Origin: Vicinamibacterales bacterium
Lineage (GTDB): Bacteria > Acidobacteriota > Vicinamibacteria > Vicinamibacterales > UBA2999
Assembly (NCBI GenBank): GCA_041394705.1
Contig: JAWKHS010000014.1
Coordinates: forward strand, 7,900 to 71,899
DNA: 64,000 nucleotides
Reading direction: 5' to 3'
This document shows positions 9,071 through 17,924 of this stretch, piece by piece. Every line of letters starts with the position of its first letter. Position 1 is the first letter of the stretch. Under the pieces are notes generated by a model that saw only the letters and a program-made list of their open reading frames with translations, ran no database searches and had not been told where the DNA came from. The translations under genes and the position numbers were made by a program.

Positions 9071-10281
9071 TAGTCGTCGTAGGCGGTCTGCTCGGGGGTG
9101 CGCGCGTCGATGGCGATGCCGAGCGTCTCGAGCTTCAGCCGCGCCACCGCGTCGTCCATCTCCTGCGGCACGGCGTGGAAGGCGGGGGCGAGGCGGCCGC
9201 GCTGTTCGACCAGGTAGCGCGGGCCGAGCAGTTGCAGCGCGAAGGTCATGTCCATGATCTCGGCCGGATGGCCCTGCCCGACCGCGATGTTCACGAGCTC
9301 GCCGTTGGCGAGCAGGAAGATCCGGCGGCCGTCGGCCAGCGTGAACTCTTCCACGTCGCGCCTGGCCTCGCGTACCGCGGCGGCGCCCGCGCGGAGCGCC
9401 GGGATGTTGATCTCGCGATTGAAGTGGCCGACGTTGGCCAGGAGGCAGCCGTCCTTCAGGACGGCCAGGTGCGGCACGTCCACCACGTGCAGCCCGCCCG
9501 TGGTGGTGATGACGACGTCGGAGAGCGGCGCGGCCTCCATCATCCGCATCACGCGGAAGCCCTCCATCCGGGCATCGAGCGCCTTGGCGGGATCCACCTC
9601 CGTGACGATGACCTCGGCGCCGAGACCGCGCATCCGGAGCGCCACGCCCTTCCCCACCCAGCCGTAACCGGCCACCGTCACGACCTTGCCGCACACCGTG
9701 AGGTTCGTGGCCACGAGCAGCCCCTCGACCGTGCTCTGGCCGGTGCCGTGGCGGTTGTCGAAGAGGTGCTTCATGAGCCCCGTGTTGACGCCCAGGCACG
9801 GGAAGCGGAGGCCCTCCTTCCGCTCGATGGCCCGGATGATGCTGACGCCGCCCGTCGTTTCCTCGGACAGCCCGATGACCCGGTCCAGCAGCTCCCGCCG
9901 CTCCCGGTGCAGCGTGGAGAGCAGCTGCGCGCCGTCGTCCACGATGAGGTCCGGCCGGTGGTCCAGGGTCTCGTGGAAGTGCCGGCGGTAGGCCTCCGGG
10001 CTCTCGCCCCGGCGGCCGAAACACGTGAGGTGCTGCTGCAGGTAGGCGACGGTCGAGTCCTGGGTGGAGAGCGGGTTGCTCGGGCACATCACGACCGTGG
10101 CGCCGCCGGCCTTGATCGTGAGTCCCAGGTTGGCGGTCTTCGGCTCGAGGTGCAGGCAGATGGCGACGGTGAGCCCGTCGAACGGCCGTTCGCGGGCGAA
10201 ATCGTCACGCAGCCGCTGCATGACCGGCATGTGGGCGAACGCCCACTCCACACGTTGCTGGCCGAGCGCGTCGTCCGTCAT
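9064..10281 (-). CDS. ahcY: Adenosylhomocysteinase (short form)
   Basis: ATG at 10281 gives MTDDALGQQRVEWAFAHMPVMQRL. Diagnostic motifs are HLEPKTANL, SNPLSTQD, the NAD site GYGWVGKG and HFNREI. The upstream 132 codons of the ORF track entry look non-coding. Confidence 0.9.
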   Translation of the reverse strand: MTDDALGQQRVEWAFAHMPVMQRLRDDFARERPFDGLTVAICLHLEPKTANLGLTIKAGGATVVMCPSNPLSTQDSTVAYLQQHLTCFGRRGESPEAYRRHFHETLDHRPDLIVDDGAQLLSTLHRERRELLDRVIGLSEETTGGVSIIRAIERKEGLRFPCLGVNTGLMKHLFDNRHGTGQSTVEGLLVATNLTVCGKVVTVAGYGWVGKGVALRMRGLGAEVIVTEVDPAKALDARMEGFRVMRMMEAAPLSDVVITTTGGLHVVDVPHLAVLKDGCLLANVGHFNREINIPALRAGAAAVREARRDVEEFTLADGRRIFLLANGELVNIAVGQGHPAEIMDMTFALQLLGPRYLVEQRGRLAPAFHAVPQEMDDAVARLKLETLGIAIDARTPEQTAYDDYY

Positions 10282-10357
10282 GGTGGGCGTCAGGCTAGCA
10301 CCGGCCCTCGAGCGGGTCAAAGCCGCCCGGGGCGCGACCGGCGGTAGAATGCCCGGC

Positions 10358-11272
10358 ATGCCACGCGCACTCGTCCTCGGACTCCTCGCGACCCTCGGCG
10401 GGCTGACCATCGCCGTCTCGGCCCTGCAGGCACCGGCGCCCTCCGCAGCCGCGCTCGCCGCCACCAAGATCGAAAAGGTCAAGGACAACCTGTACGTCAT
10501 CACGGGCTCGAGCCCGACGCCGCGCGACACCTTCAGCGGCGGGAACACGGGCGTCTTCATCACCGATCGCGGGGTCGTCGTGGTGGATACGAAGCTGGCC
10601 AACTGGGGGCCGACGATCATGGAGCGCATCCGCACCGTGACCGACAAGCCCGTCGTCACCGTGATCAATACGCACACCCACGGCGATCACACCGGCAGCA
10701 ACGAGTTCTTCGGGGCGTCGGTGGAGAGCGTGGTGCAGGAGAACACGAAGGCGAACATGGCGCGGATGGACGCCTTCAAGGGCGACAAGGCGCAGTTCCT
10801 GCCGAAGCGCACGTACAAGGACCGGTTGACGCTCGGGTCGGGCAAGGACCAGATGGACCTCTACTACTTCGGTCCCGGCCACACCAACGGCGACACGTTC
10901 GTGGTCTACACGGCCCTGCGCACGATGCAGGCCGGCGACATGTTCCCGTGGAAGGACGCGCCGTTCATCGACAGGAGCAACGGCGGGAGCGGGCGTGAGT
11001 GGCCCTTGTCGCTCAAGAAGCTGCTCGACACGGTGAAGAACGTGGACACCGTGATCGGCGGGCACCAGCCGGTGGCCGGCTGGAAGGACGTGGCGACGTT
11101 CCAGATGTTCCTGACCGACCTGTACGCGCAGACGAGCGCCGCGCACAAGGCCGGCAAGACGCCCGAACAGGCCGCGGCCGACAAGGCCTGGATGAGCAAG
11201 TACCCGGGCTACGACTCCACGCGCCTCGTCGCGGCGGTCCAGGCCATCTACGACGAGCTGAACGGGAAGTAG
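10358..11272 (+). CDS. Secreted MBL-fold metallo-hydrolase
   Basis: Signal peptide MPRALVLGLLATLGGLTIAVSALQA. The HxHxDH motif is present as NTHTHGDHTG, with HTNGD later. An alternative ATG lies at 10349. Confidence 0.85.
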   Translation: MPRALVLGLLATLGGLTIAVSALQAPAPSAAALAATKIEKVKDNLYVITGSSPTPRDTFSGGNTGVFITDRGVVVVDTKLANWGPTIMERIRTVTDKPVVTVINTHTHGDHTGSNEFFGASVESVVQENTKANMARMDAFKGDKAQFLPKRTYKDRLTLGSGKDQMDLYYFGPGHTNGDTFVVYTALRTMQAGDMFPWKDAPFIDRSNGGSGREWPLSLKKLLDTVKNVDTVIGGHQPVAGWKDVATFQMFLTDLYAQTSAAHKAGKTPEQAAADKAWMSKYPGYDSTRLVAAVQAIYDELNGK

Positions 11273-11355
11273 CCGGCCCTCGCCCCCGGGCGGCCCGCTG
11301 GCCTCGGATTCAAGGTCCGCGGCCGGTGGCCGATTCCGTGGGCGGAGGCGTGGGC

Positions 11356-11571
11356 ATGGTGAACGCACTTGGCACGGCGGCACAGGGCATCGCGGCGGGC
11401 TTCGATCGCCTGGACCGCGCAGCGGATCGCATCGCGAAGGACGCCGACAGCCAGGACGTGGCCACCAACATGGTGGACCTGCTGCGCGCGCGCCAGGACG
11501 TGCGCGCGAACGTCGCCGTCGCCCGGACGGCCGACCAGATGATCGGCACCCTGCTCGACGAGCTCGCGTGA
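11356..11571 (+). CDS. 71-aa protein with flagellar rod/hook N- and C-terminal-like motifs only
   Basis: GGAGG lies 8 nt upstream of the ATG. The N-terminus ALGTAAQGIAAGFDRLDRAADRIAK resembles the rod N-motif. The C-terminus NMVDLLRARQDVRANVAVARTADQMIGTLLD resembles the Flg_bbr_C motif. Confidence 0.45.
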   Translation: MVNALGTAAQGIAAGFDRLDRAADRIAKDADSQDVATNMVDLLRARQDVRANVAVARTADQMIGTLLDELA

Positions 11572-11703
11572 CCCGCCGGGACCGGCCCGCCGCCTGACCC
11601 GCGCGACGGAACACCCGACGCACGGCTCGGCCGGCGCACGTTCCATCCGGGCGTCCCGCCCGACGTGCTTTGCGGGCGCCGGCGATTCGGCGAGACTGGC
11701 GCC

Positions 11704-12279
11704 ATGCCTCATCTCATCGAGCTGGCGCCGACGGGACGCGCGAAGTGCCGCGGCTGCGGGGCGGCGATTCCGAAGGGCACGCCCCGGCTGGGCGAAGCGG
11801 TGCCCAACCTGTACGCCGAGGCGGAAGGCGCCGAGAGCACTCAGTGGTATCACCCCGCGTGCGGCGCGTATCGACGCCCGGAGGCGTTCCTGGCCGCGGT
11901 GGCCCAGACGTCGGTGCCGCTGCTCGATCGCGGGCGCCTCGAGGCGGCCGCGGCGCTCGGGGCGGCGCACCACCGCCTGGCGCGCGTGGACCGCGCCAGC
12001 CGGGCGCCGTCGGGCCGCGCCGCCTGCCGCGCCTGCCGCGCGCCGATTCCGAAGGACGCGTGGCGGATCGGCCTGCTCTTCTGGCAGGACGGCCGGTTCG
12101 TCCCGGCGGGCTACATCCACCCCGCCTGCGCGGCGTCGTACCTCGAGACGACCGACATCCTCGACAGGCTTCGCCACTTCAGCCCGGACCTGACCGACGA
12201 CGACGCCGCCGACATCGCCCGCGCACTCGTCGCGTCGGCCGACAGTGGTCCCGCCGCGGACCCGGCGTCAGGCGCCTGA
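11704..12279 (+). CDS. Protein with two PARP-type zinc-finger-like modules
   Basis: GRAKCRGCGAAIPKGTPRLG...QWYHPAC and GRAACRACRAPIPKDAWRIG...GYIHPAC both fit C-x2-C-x(27-31)-H-x2-C with the GRAxC...IPK...R.G context. No catalytic domain is present. Confidence 0.6.
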   Translation: MPHLIELAPTGRAKCRGCGAAIPKGTPRLGEAVPNLYAEAEGAESTQWYHPACGAYRRPEAFLAAVAQTSVPLLDRGRLEAAAALGAAHHRLARVDRASRAPSGRAACRACRAPIPKDAWRIGLLFWQDGRFVPAGYIHPACAASYLETTDILDRLRHFSPDLTDDDAADIARALVASADSGPAADPASGA

Positions 12280-12633
12280 GGCGAGGCGGGCTCGCGCCGA
12301 CCACCAGCGCCACAGCCGGACGAGTCCGCTGAGCGGCGCGGCCGCCAGATAGACCATCGCGGGCAGTAGGAACACCGTGGCGCCCTCGCGCATGCCCTTG
12401 ACGGCGGGGGTCGCGCCGACGAGCGCGAAGAGCAGGCCGAACCCGGTGGCCGAGATGAAGGTCGTCGCCCACCACCCCGCGCCGAGGCCGGCCACCAGCG
12501 GATTGACGACGGCGAACAGCGTCATCAGCGCCATGGCCGCCAGCCCGCCCGGCTCCCGGCCGAAGGTCGCGGCGCCCAGCGTGAGCACATACAGCGCGAC
12601 GAGCTGTCCGATGGGCGAGGTGAATCGGCGCAT
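12268..12633 (-). CDS. Small integral membrane protein (about 4 TM), unknown function
   Basis: 121-aa ORF composed almost entirely of hydrophobic helices. It is convergent with the zinc-finger gene and overlaps it by 12 nt. Confidence 0.5.
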   Translation of the reverse strand: MRRFTSPIGQLVALYVLTLGAATFGREPGGLAAMALMTLFAVVNPLVAGLGAGWWATTFISATGFGLLFALVGATPAVKGMREGATVFLLPAMVYLAAAPLSGLVRLWRWWSARARLASGA

Positions 12634-12693
12634 GCGGCGCCATCGTAGCGCCCGGGCAGCCCGTCCGCCACGCCATTCGCTGGCGGGCCCGGT

Positions 12694-13041
12694 CTACGCG
12701 TGCACGCCCGGCCGGCCCATGCCGACCGCGACGAGCAGCCAGGCCACCGTCAGGCAGGCGAAGCCCACGAAGACGGGCACGAGCGATTCGGCGGCCCCGA
12801 TGGTCGCGATGCGGTACGTTTCGGCCGACAGATCGCGGGTCCAGCCCAGCGTGAGCACGTTGATGAGTCCCAGCACACCGCCGCTGATCGCCGAGAACAG
12901 GCCGGCCAGCGACAGCGGGCGCATCAGCGCGAGATGGCGCTCGGTCGGCCGAACGAGAAACACCACCGCCATCACCAGCGGCACGAGATCGATCAGGAGC
13001 AGCAGGCGGGCGAAGAGACCGATTTCACGAAGCGCGTCCAT
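12694..13041 (-). CDS. Small integral membrane protein, unknown function
   Basis: ATG at 13041 is preceded by GGAGGTGCC and gives MDALREIGLFARLLLLIDLVPLVMAVVFL, with about 4 TM segments. Confidence 0.55.
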   Translation of the reverse strand: MDALREIGLFARLLLLIDLVPLVMAVVFLVRPTERHLALMRPLSLAGLFSAISGGVLGLINVLTLGWTRDLSAETYRIATIGAAESLVPVFVGFACLTVAWLLVAVGMGRPGVHA

Positions 13042-13137
13042 GGCACCTCCGGGAACGACACGTTCACCTCCAATAACGTTCCGTCCGGGCGAGCGTGACG
13101 GTGTCACGTCAGGACCCGTCGCGCGTTAGATCCCACC

Positions 13138-13737
13138 ATGGACCGGGAGACCGAACTGGCACTGGTCGGCGGCCTTCGCGAGGGCGACACCGACGCCTTC
13201 GACGAGGCGTACGGCTGGCTGAGCACGCCCGTCTTCACGTTCCTGCTGCGCCTCTCGCGGCGCCACGACGTGGCCGAGGACCTGGCCGAAGAGACATGGC
13301 TCCGGCTGGTGACGCATGCGGGGCGGCTGCGGCCCGACACGCGCCTGGCGCCGTGGCTGTACACGGTGGCGCGCCACCTGTATCTCAGCTACCGGCGGTC
13401 GCGCTTCCTCGAGGATTCCGCCGCGGTCGGACTGATGACGCTCTGGCCCTACAACACCGCGCGCAGCTCGCCCTTCGAGGAGACGGCGGCAAGCGAGCTC
13501 GAACGCCGCCTCGAGCGAGCGCTCGCGACCCTGCCGGTGGCGACGCGCGAGGTGCTGCTGCTCGTCGGCGTCGCCGGGCTCGATCCCTCCGACGCCGCCG
13601 ACGTGTGCGGCGTCACGCCCGAGACGCTGCGGCAGCGGCTGCACCGCGCCCGCGAGGCACTGGCGAAGGCGCTCGACCGTGAAGCGGCCCTCCACGGTCC
13701 GGTGCGGGAAGGCACCCTGTCATGCCAGACGCGTTGA
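13138..13737 (+). CDS. ECF-type RNA polymerase sigma-70 family factor
   Basis: Region 2 is DVAEDLAEETWLRLV...LAPWLYTVARHLYLSYRR. Region 4 HTH is REVLLLVGVAGLDPSDAADVCGVTPETLRQRLHRAREAL. Confidence 0.85.
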   Translation: MDRETELALVGGLREGDTDAFDEAYGWLSTPVFTFLLRLSRRHDVAEDLAEETWLRLVTHAGRLRPDTRLAPWLYTVARHLYLSYRRSRFLEDSAAVGLMTLWPYNTARSSPFEETAASELERRLERALATLPVATREVLLLVGVAGLDPSDAADVCGVTPETLRQRLHRAREALAKALDREAALHGPVREGTLSCQTR

Positions 13738-13970
13738 TGTCCAGATTGTCGCGGTTGCCGGACGCCTCACCCCGCGCGGCACGCGCCGAGCGGCTCCGCC
13801 GGCGTTGCCACGCCGAACTCCGCCGGCGCGCCGCGACGGACCGCACCCGACGGCCGCCCGTCGTCGTCCGAGCGGCCGTCGCCGCGTGGCGTCCGGCGGT
13901 GGCGCTCCTCGGCGCCGCGTACTTCGCGGGCGTGGTGCTGCTGGCGCTGGAGACCTACCGCGGTCACTGA
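13722..13970 (+). CDS. Putative anti-sigma factor (single C-terminal TM helix)
   Basis: 82-aa ORF that overlaps the sigma gene by 16 nt. It has an Arg-rich N-terminus and then WRPAVALLGAAYFAGVVLLAL. The assignment rests on position only. Confidence 0.4.
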   Translation: MPDALMSRLSRLPDASPRAARAERLRRRCHAELRRRAATDRTRRPPVVVRAAVAAWRPAVALLGAAYFAGVVLLALETYRGH

Positions 13971-14014
13971 GTCGCCGGCGTCGGCGCGCACCCAGTTGAA
14001 CCGGACGGCGCGCG

Positions 14015-15514
14015 CTACTCGGCGACGCGGCCGATGCGCACGTCGGTGGATCCAACCGGCAGTGTGTAGAGGCTGCCGTCCTCCGCCAACGCCCAGCCGT
14101 CCTTCCGCACGGCGTCCAGCCCCTGTGCGAAGACCCGCTGGGTGAGCGCGCCGTCGGGCGCCGGAAGCAGGTGGTAGAAGACCAGCAGCCGCACGCGCGC
14201 GTCGTTGGCGATCCGCGCCGCCTGCTCGGGCGTGATGTGGTAGTCCTCGATGTCGTGCATGATGGCGGCCGTGCGGTCGCGGCCCGCCGAGCGCGCGCCC
14301 TGGCCGAGCGCCCGCGTCATCTGCACCGCAATGGCTTCCGACACCATGACGTCCACGCCGTCGGCGGCACGCGCGAGCTCCGGATGGAACTTCAGGTCGC
14401 CGGTGACGAACGCCGACCGGCCCTTGTAGTCGAACCGGTAGGCATAGGCCGGAGCAATCGGCGTGTGGTCCACCTCGACGGCCGTAATCCGGAGGCCGTC
14501 CCGCTCGAGGACGACGGCGGTGCGTCCCTTGGCTGGCATCTCCGGACCGTCGAGCGTCACGGTGTGCGCCTCCATCGGCCAGGTCTCCGGCGGCATCACC
14601 TTCGCCGTGTGGTGCGCGGTGCGGTAGCCCTGATCGAGGCGATAGGCCGCGTTGAACCCGTCCACCACGTGTTCCACGCCGGGACCGCCGTAGACAACGA
14701 GCGGCCCCGGCCGGCCCGCGGCCCACGTCTGGAGGTTGAGCTCGCCGAGGTCGCCGATGTGATCCGAATGGAAGTGCGTGAGGAGCGCGCCCCCGACCGA
14801 CTGCAGCGGGATCCCCCACAGCACGAGGTTTTCCACCGACTCCGGTCCGGCGTCCACGACGTAGAACCTTCCGCCCGCGAAGACGGCCACGCAGGCTTTG
14901 GCGCGAGACGGGCTCGGCAGCGGCGCCGACGACCCGCAGACGGCGACGCGCAGCGCGTCGTCCTGCAGCGGGGCCGCATTGACGGTAGACGTGCGCGCCT
15001 CGGCCGCGCGATCGAAGATCCCTCGCTGCACCGCCGGGTTCGTCATCACGACCGCACCGGCCGCTCCGACCGCGAGCGTCGCCGCCGCCGCGGCCGTCGC
15101 CACCCGCCGCGATCGGCGCACCGCCGTCGGCGCGGGTTGGCCGGCGGCCTTCGCGGCGAGCACGAGCGACGCCGCGAGCAGGCTCAGTTCGATCGCCATT
15201 GCCGGGCCGTCGCCGTCGACGCCTGCGGCGGCCCAGCCGACAGCGCGCCCGAAGGCGACCCCACCGACGACCGAGGCGAGCGCGAGGCTCCACGTGCGGC
15301 CACGCGTCCACGCCGCGGCCGCCGCGAGTGCGGCCATCCCTCCGAAGAGGCCGCCGATCTCGGCGCGCAGGGCGGCCGCGCCGGAGGTGCGCGCGATTCC
15401 GAGGCCGAGCCGGCCGGCCGCCGACACGGGCGCCGCCCAGATGGCCACGGCGAAGGCCGCAAAGGTGAGGCTGGCGAGCGCCACGAGGGCGCGGGTGATC
15501 CGGATGGCGTTCAT
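14015..15514 (-). CDS. Membrane-anchored MBL-fold hydrolase (N-terminal DUF4345-like 4-TM domain fused to an RNase-Z/MBL-like domain)
   Basis: ATG at 15514 gives MNAIRITRALVALASLTFAAF. Glycine-rich TM helices are followed by LLTHFHSDHIGDL (HxHxDH) and later the conserved His/Asp segment VTGDLKFHPE. Confidence 0.75.
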   Translation of the reverse strand: MNAIRITRALVALASLTFAAFAVAIWAAPVSAAGRLGLGIARTSGAAALRAEIGGLFGGMAALAAAAAWTRGRTWSLALASVVGGVAFGRAVGWAAAGVDGDGPAMAIELSLLAASLVLAAKAAGQPAPTAVRRSRRVATAAAAATLAVGAAGAVVMTNPAVQRGIFDRAAEARTSTVNAAPLQDDALRVAVCGSSAPLPSPSRAKACVAVFAGGRFYVVDAGPESVENLVLWGIPLQSVGGALLTHFHSDHIGDLGELNLQTWAAGRPGPLVVYGGPGVEHVVDGFNAAYRLDQGYRTAHHTAKVMPPETWPMEAHTVTLDGPEMPAKGRTAVVLERDGLRITAVEVDHTPIAPAYAYRFDYKGRSAFVTGDLKFHPELARAADGVDVMVSEAIAVQMTRALGQGARSAGRDRTAAIMHDIEDYHITPEQAARIANDARVRLLVFYHLLPAPDGALTQRVFAQGLDAVRKDGWALAEDGSLYTLPVGSTDVRIGRVAE

Positions 15515-15803
15515 CGTCTGATCCTTTCGAAGGCACGGGAGACGGCCCGACGACGGCGCCTGGATCGGCCCGCCGCGCACACCGTGATGCCCGACACAGG
15601 GCAAGTTCCACACCACCGGCGCGGGCAGCGCCGATCGCCCATGCATGGTGGGAATTCCTGCGCGCGGCCCGGCCGGCGCGGTCGTGCGCGGGCGCTGCAC
15701 GCGGCGGGACCGCGCATCCTGTCCCGATCCGCGCAGGATGCAGGCACGGGTTGGCGTGCAGGGGGCCGGGGCCCGTCCATGACGTCCGCGGCGGGCCGGT
15801 ATC

Positions 15804-16781
15804 ATGGACCCTCCAATGGCGCGACCGTCCGTTCCGCCGTCCCTGCCGCCGCGCCCGGACATGGTGTGGGTCCCGGGAGGCGAGTTCCTGATGGGCTCGG
15901 ACAAGGGCTATCCGGAGGAGCGTCCCGCACATCGCGTCGCCGTCGACGGCTTCTGGATGGATCGCGCGCCGGTCACCAACGCGCGGTTCGCGCGCTTCGT
16001 CGAGGCCACCGGCTTCACGACCTTCGCCGAGCACCCCCCGCGCGCCGAGGACTATCCAGGCGCACGCCCGGAGCTGCTCGTGACCGGATCGCTGGTGTTC
16101 GTGCCACCGCCTGGCAAGGTGGACCTCGGGGACGTCCGGCACTGGTGGCGCTTCGTCGAGGGCGCCGACTGGCGGCACCCGGCCGGCCCCGGCAGCTCGA
16201 CGACGGGCCTCGGCGACCACCCCGTCGTGCACGTCGCCTTCGCGGATGCGGAGGCGTTCGCCGCCTGGGACGGCAAGACGCTGCCGACCGAGGCCGAATG
16301 GGAGTTCGCGGCTCGCGGCGGCCTCGACGGCGCCACCTACGCATGGGGCAGCGAGTTCCTGCCGGACGGACGCCATATGGCCAACACCTGGCAAGGCGAA
16401 TTCCCGTGGCAGCATCACGCGCGCGACGGCTTCGAGCGGACCTCCCCGATCGGCGCGTTTCCCGCCAACGGCTACGGGCTGGTCGACATGATCGGGAACG
16501 TCTGGGAGTGGACCACGGATTGGTACGCGCCGGGCCACCCGGCGGACGCGCCCAAGGCCTGCTGTATCCCGCAGAATCCCCGCGGTCCGCGCGCCGACGG
16601 GAGCTACGACCCGGCCCACCGCGCGATTCGCATTCCCCGCAAGGTACTGAAGGGCGGCTCGCACCTGTGCGCGCCCAACTACTGCCGCCGCTACCGGCCG
16701 GCCGCCCGCTATCCCGAGCCCGTCGACACCTCCACGTCGCACGTGGGATTCCGCTGCATCATCCGCCCCTCCGCGTCGTAG
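15804..16781 (+). CDS. Formylglycine-generating enzyme family protein (SUMF1/FGE)
   Basis: MVWVPGGEFLMGSD...ERPAHRVAVDGFWMDRAPVTNARFARFV...NVWEWTTDW...KGGSHLCAPNYCRRYRPAAR are typical FGE-sulfatase domain motifs. No signal peptide is present. Confidence 0.85.
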   Translation: MDPPMARPSVPPSLPPRPDMVWVPGGEFLMGSDKGYPEERPAHRVAVDGFWMDRAPVTNARFARFVEATGFTTFAEHPPRAEDYPGARPELLVTGSLVFVPPPGKVDLGDVRHWWRFVEGADWRHPAGPGSSTTGLGDHPVVHVAFADAEAFAAWDGKTLPTEAEWEFAARGGLDGATYAWGSEFLPDGRHMANTWQGEFPWQHHARDGFERTSPIGAFPANGYGLVDMIGNVWEWTTDWYAPGHPADAPKACCIPQNPRGPRADGSYDPAHRAIRIPRKVLKGGSHLCAPNYCRRYRPAARYPEPVDTSTSHVGFRCIIRPSAS

Positions 16782-16808
16782 GGGGCCGGCGCCGGGGCCT
16801 CGGCGCGA

Positions 16809-17870
16809 CTACGCCGGCACCTGATGGACGCGCACGAGCGCGGCCCTGGTGGCGATGAAGACGTCGTCATCGGACCCGGGGACGATCATCGACGCCACGG
16901 GAGATCCCGCGCCGAGCGGTACGCGCAGCCGCTCCTGGCCGGTCGCCGCGTCGAGCACGACGAAGGCCTTCTGGATCGCCGGCCATCGCGGCCGCGACGA
17001 CACGGTGGCCATCCACGCCCGCAGCGACAGCGGCGCGTCGTGGTCCGTCACGTAGACGTGATCGCGGTCGGCGGCTACCGCGACGCAATCGCTGTTGCGG
17101 ATGACCACCCGCCAGCGCCGCTCGAGATCCGACAACCCGCGCGCTTCCAGGAAGCCCTGCGCGGTGTCCCACACCAGGATGTCGCCGCGCACGGGCGACA
17201 CCACGACGGCGAAGAACATGAAGCCGGGCTCGTCGCCGGAGAGCTCGGCGGACGTCTGGTTCAGGCCGCCAGCGAGCGGCTTTCGAAAGAGGCGGTAGCC
17301 GCCGGTCAATCCCACCGGGAACGTGTTGTCCGTGTAGTAGACGACCTGCCGGTACACGCACGGGCCCGTGCCCGGGAAGGAGCCGTCGCCCCAGTGACGA
17401 TAGCGCTCGGTCCACGACGCATCGTAGGTGAGGCGCCCGGCCCGGTAGCGCCAGCGCATGATGCGCTCGTCGCCGGCAAGCACCAGCCACTCGTCGGCCG
17501 GCGCCGCCCCGGTGCGGTCCGCCGCCATCTCTGCGTCGAGGCCGGCCGGCGCCATCGCCGTGCGGGCGTACGCGCACCGCTCCGGCGGGGCGACGGTCTG
17601 TTCGACCGCCAGCGAGTCCGGATCGACCACGAGCAGGTGGCCCGTCGTTCGCGGCCGCAGGAACTCACGCCAGGACGTACGGGTCGCCACGCCGACCGCC
17701 AGCGCCAGCAGGGCTGGTCCCGCGCAGGTCGCCGACGCCGTGGTTCCTGGTCCGATCCGTTGGCCCCCGATCGACCCCACGGCCACGGCCACGCAGAGGC
17801 CGAGCAGCCCACCGACCACGGCCATCGCGAGCGCCAGCGGCCGCAGCATCCCCAGCTCGTGGACGTCCAT
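16809..17870 (-). CDS. Hypothetical membrane-anchored protein (or the C-terminal part of a TAG-interrupted gene)
   Basis: ATG at 17870 gives MDVHELGMLRPLALAMAVVGGLLGLCVAVAV (signal anchor), then a repetitive beta-rich region (HVYVTDHD, VVYYTDNTF). It is in the same frame as ORF 17925..18398. Confidence 0.55.
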   Translation of the reverse strand: MDVHELGMLRPLALAMAVVGGLLGLCVAVAVGSIGGQRIGPGTTASATCAGPALLALAVGVATRTSWREFLRPRTTGHLLVVDPDSLAVEQTVAPPERCAYARTAMAPAGLDAEMAADRTGAAPADEWLVLAGDERIMRWRYRAGRLTYDASWTERYRHWGDGSFPGTGPCVYRQVVYYTDNTFPVGLTGGYRLFRKPLAGGLNQTSAELSGDEPGFMFFAVVVSPVRGDILVWDTAQGFLEARGLSDLERRWRVVIRNSDCVAVAADRDHVYVTDHDAPLSLRAWMATVSSRPRWPAIQKAFVVLDAATGQERLRVPLGAGSPVASMIVPGSDDDVFIATRAALVRVHQVPA

Positions 17871-17924
17871 GGCCCAGCCCTTGAGCAGCAAGCGCCCGTC
17901 CTCAGCGACCTGCAGGCCGTTGTA

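Noticed and set aside
6077-10087. 1336-aa ORF on the minus strand spanning several genes. Similar giant ORFs occur at 3067..5529(-), 13767..16742(-), 24075..26894(-), 36152..38752(-), 47966..51523(+) and 58661..60817(+).
   Set aside because: The translations are dominated by Arg/Pro/Gly/Ala runs with no recognisable domains. They overlap frames that encode clearly recognisable proteins (permease, DAO-like, AhcY, bEBP, TonB receptors and others). These are typical stop-poor shadow frames of very GC-rich DNA.
13042-13137. GGGAAC...CGTT elements upstream of the ECF sigma gene, considered as an autoregulated ECF promoter
   Set aside because: The spacing between GGAAC and the nearest suitably placed CGTT is about 19-20 nt, longer than the usual 16-17 nt. 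The elements are also part of an imperfect inverted repeat. Not convincing without transcription-start data.
15651-15660. The 10-mer GGAATTCCTG (containing the GGAATTCC palindrome) occurs in two intergenic regions, here and at 36515..36524 near sigma-54 candidate P5
   Set aside because: A single shared 10-mer between two sites in 64 kb (both strands) is well within chance expectation, and the flanks do not match. Not enough to call a motif.
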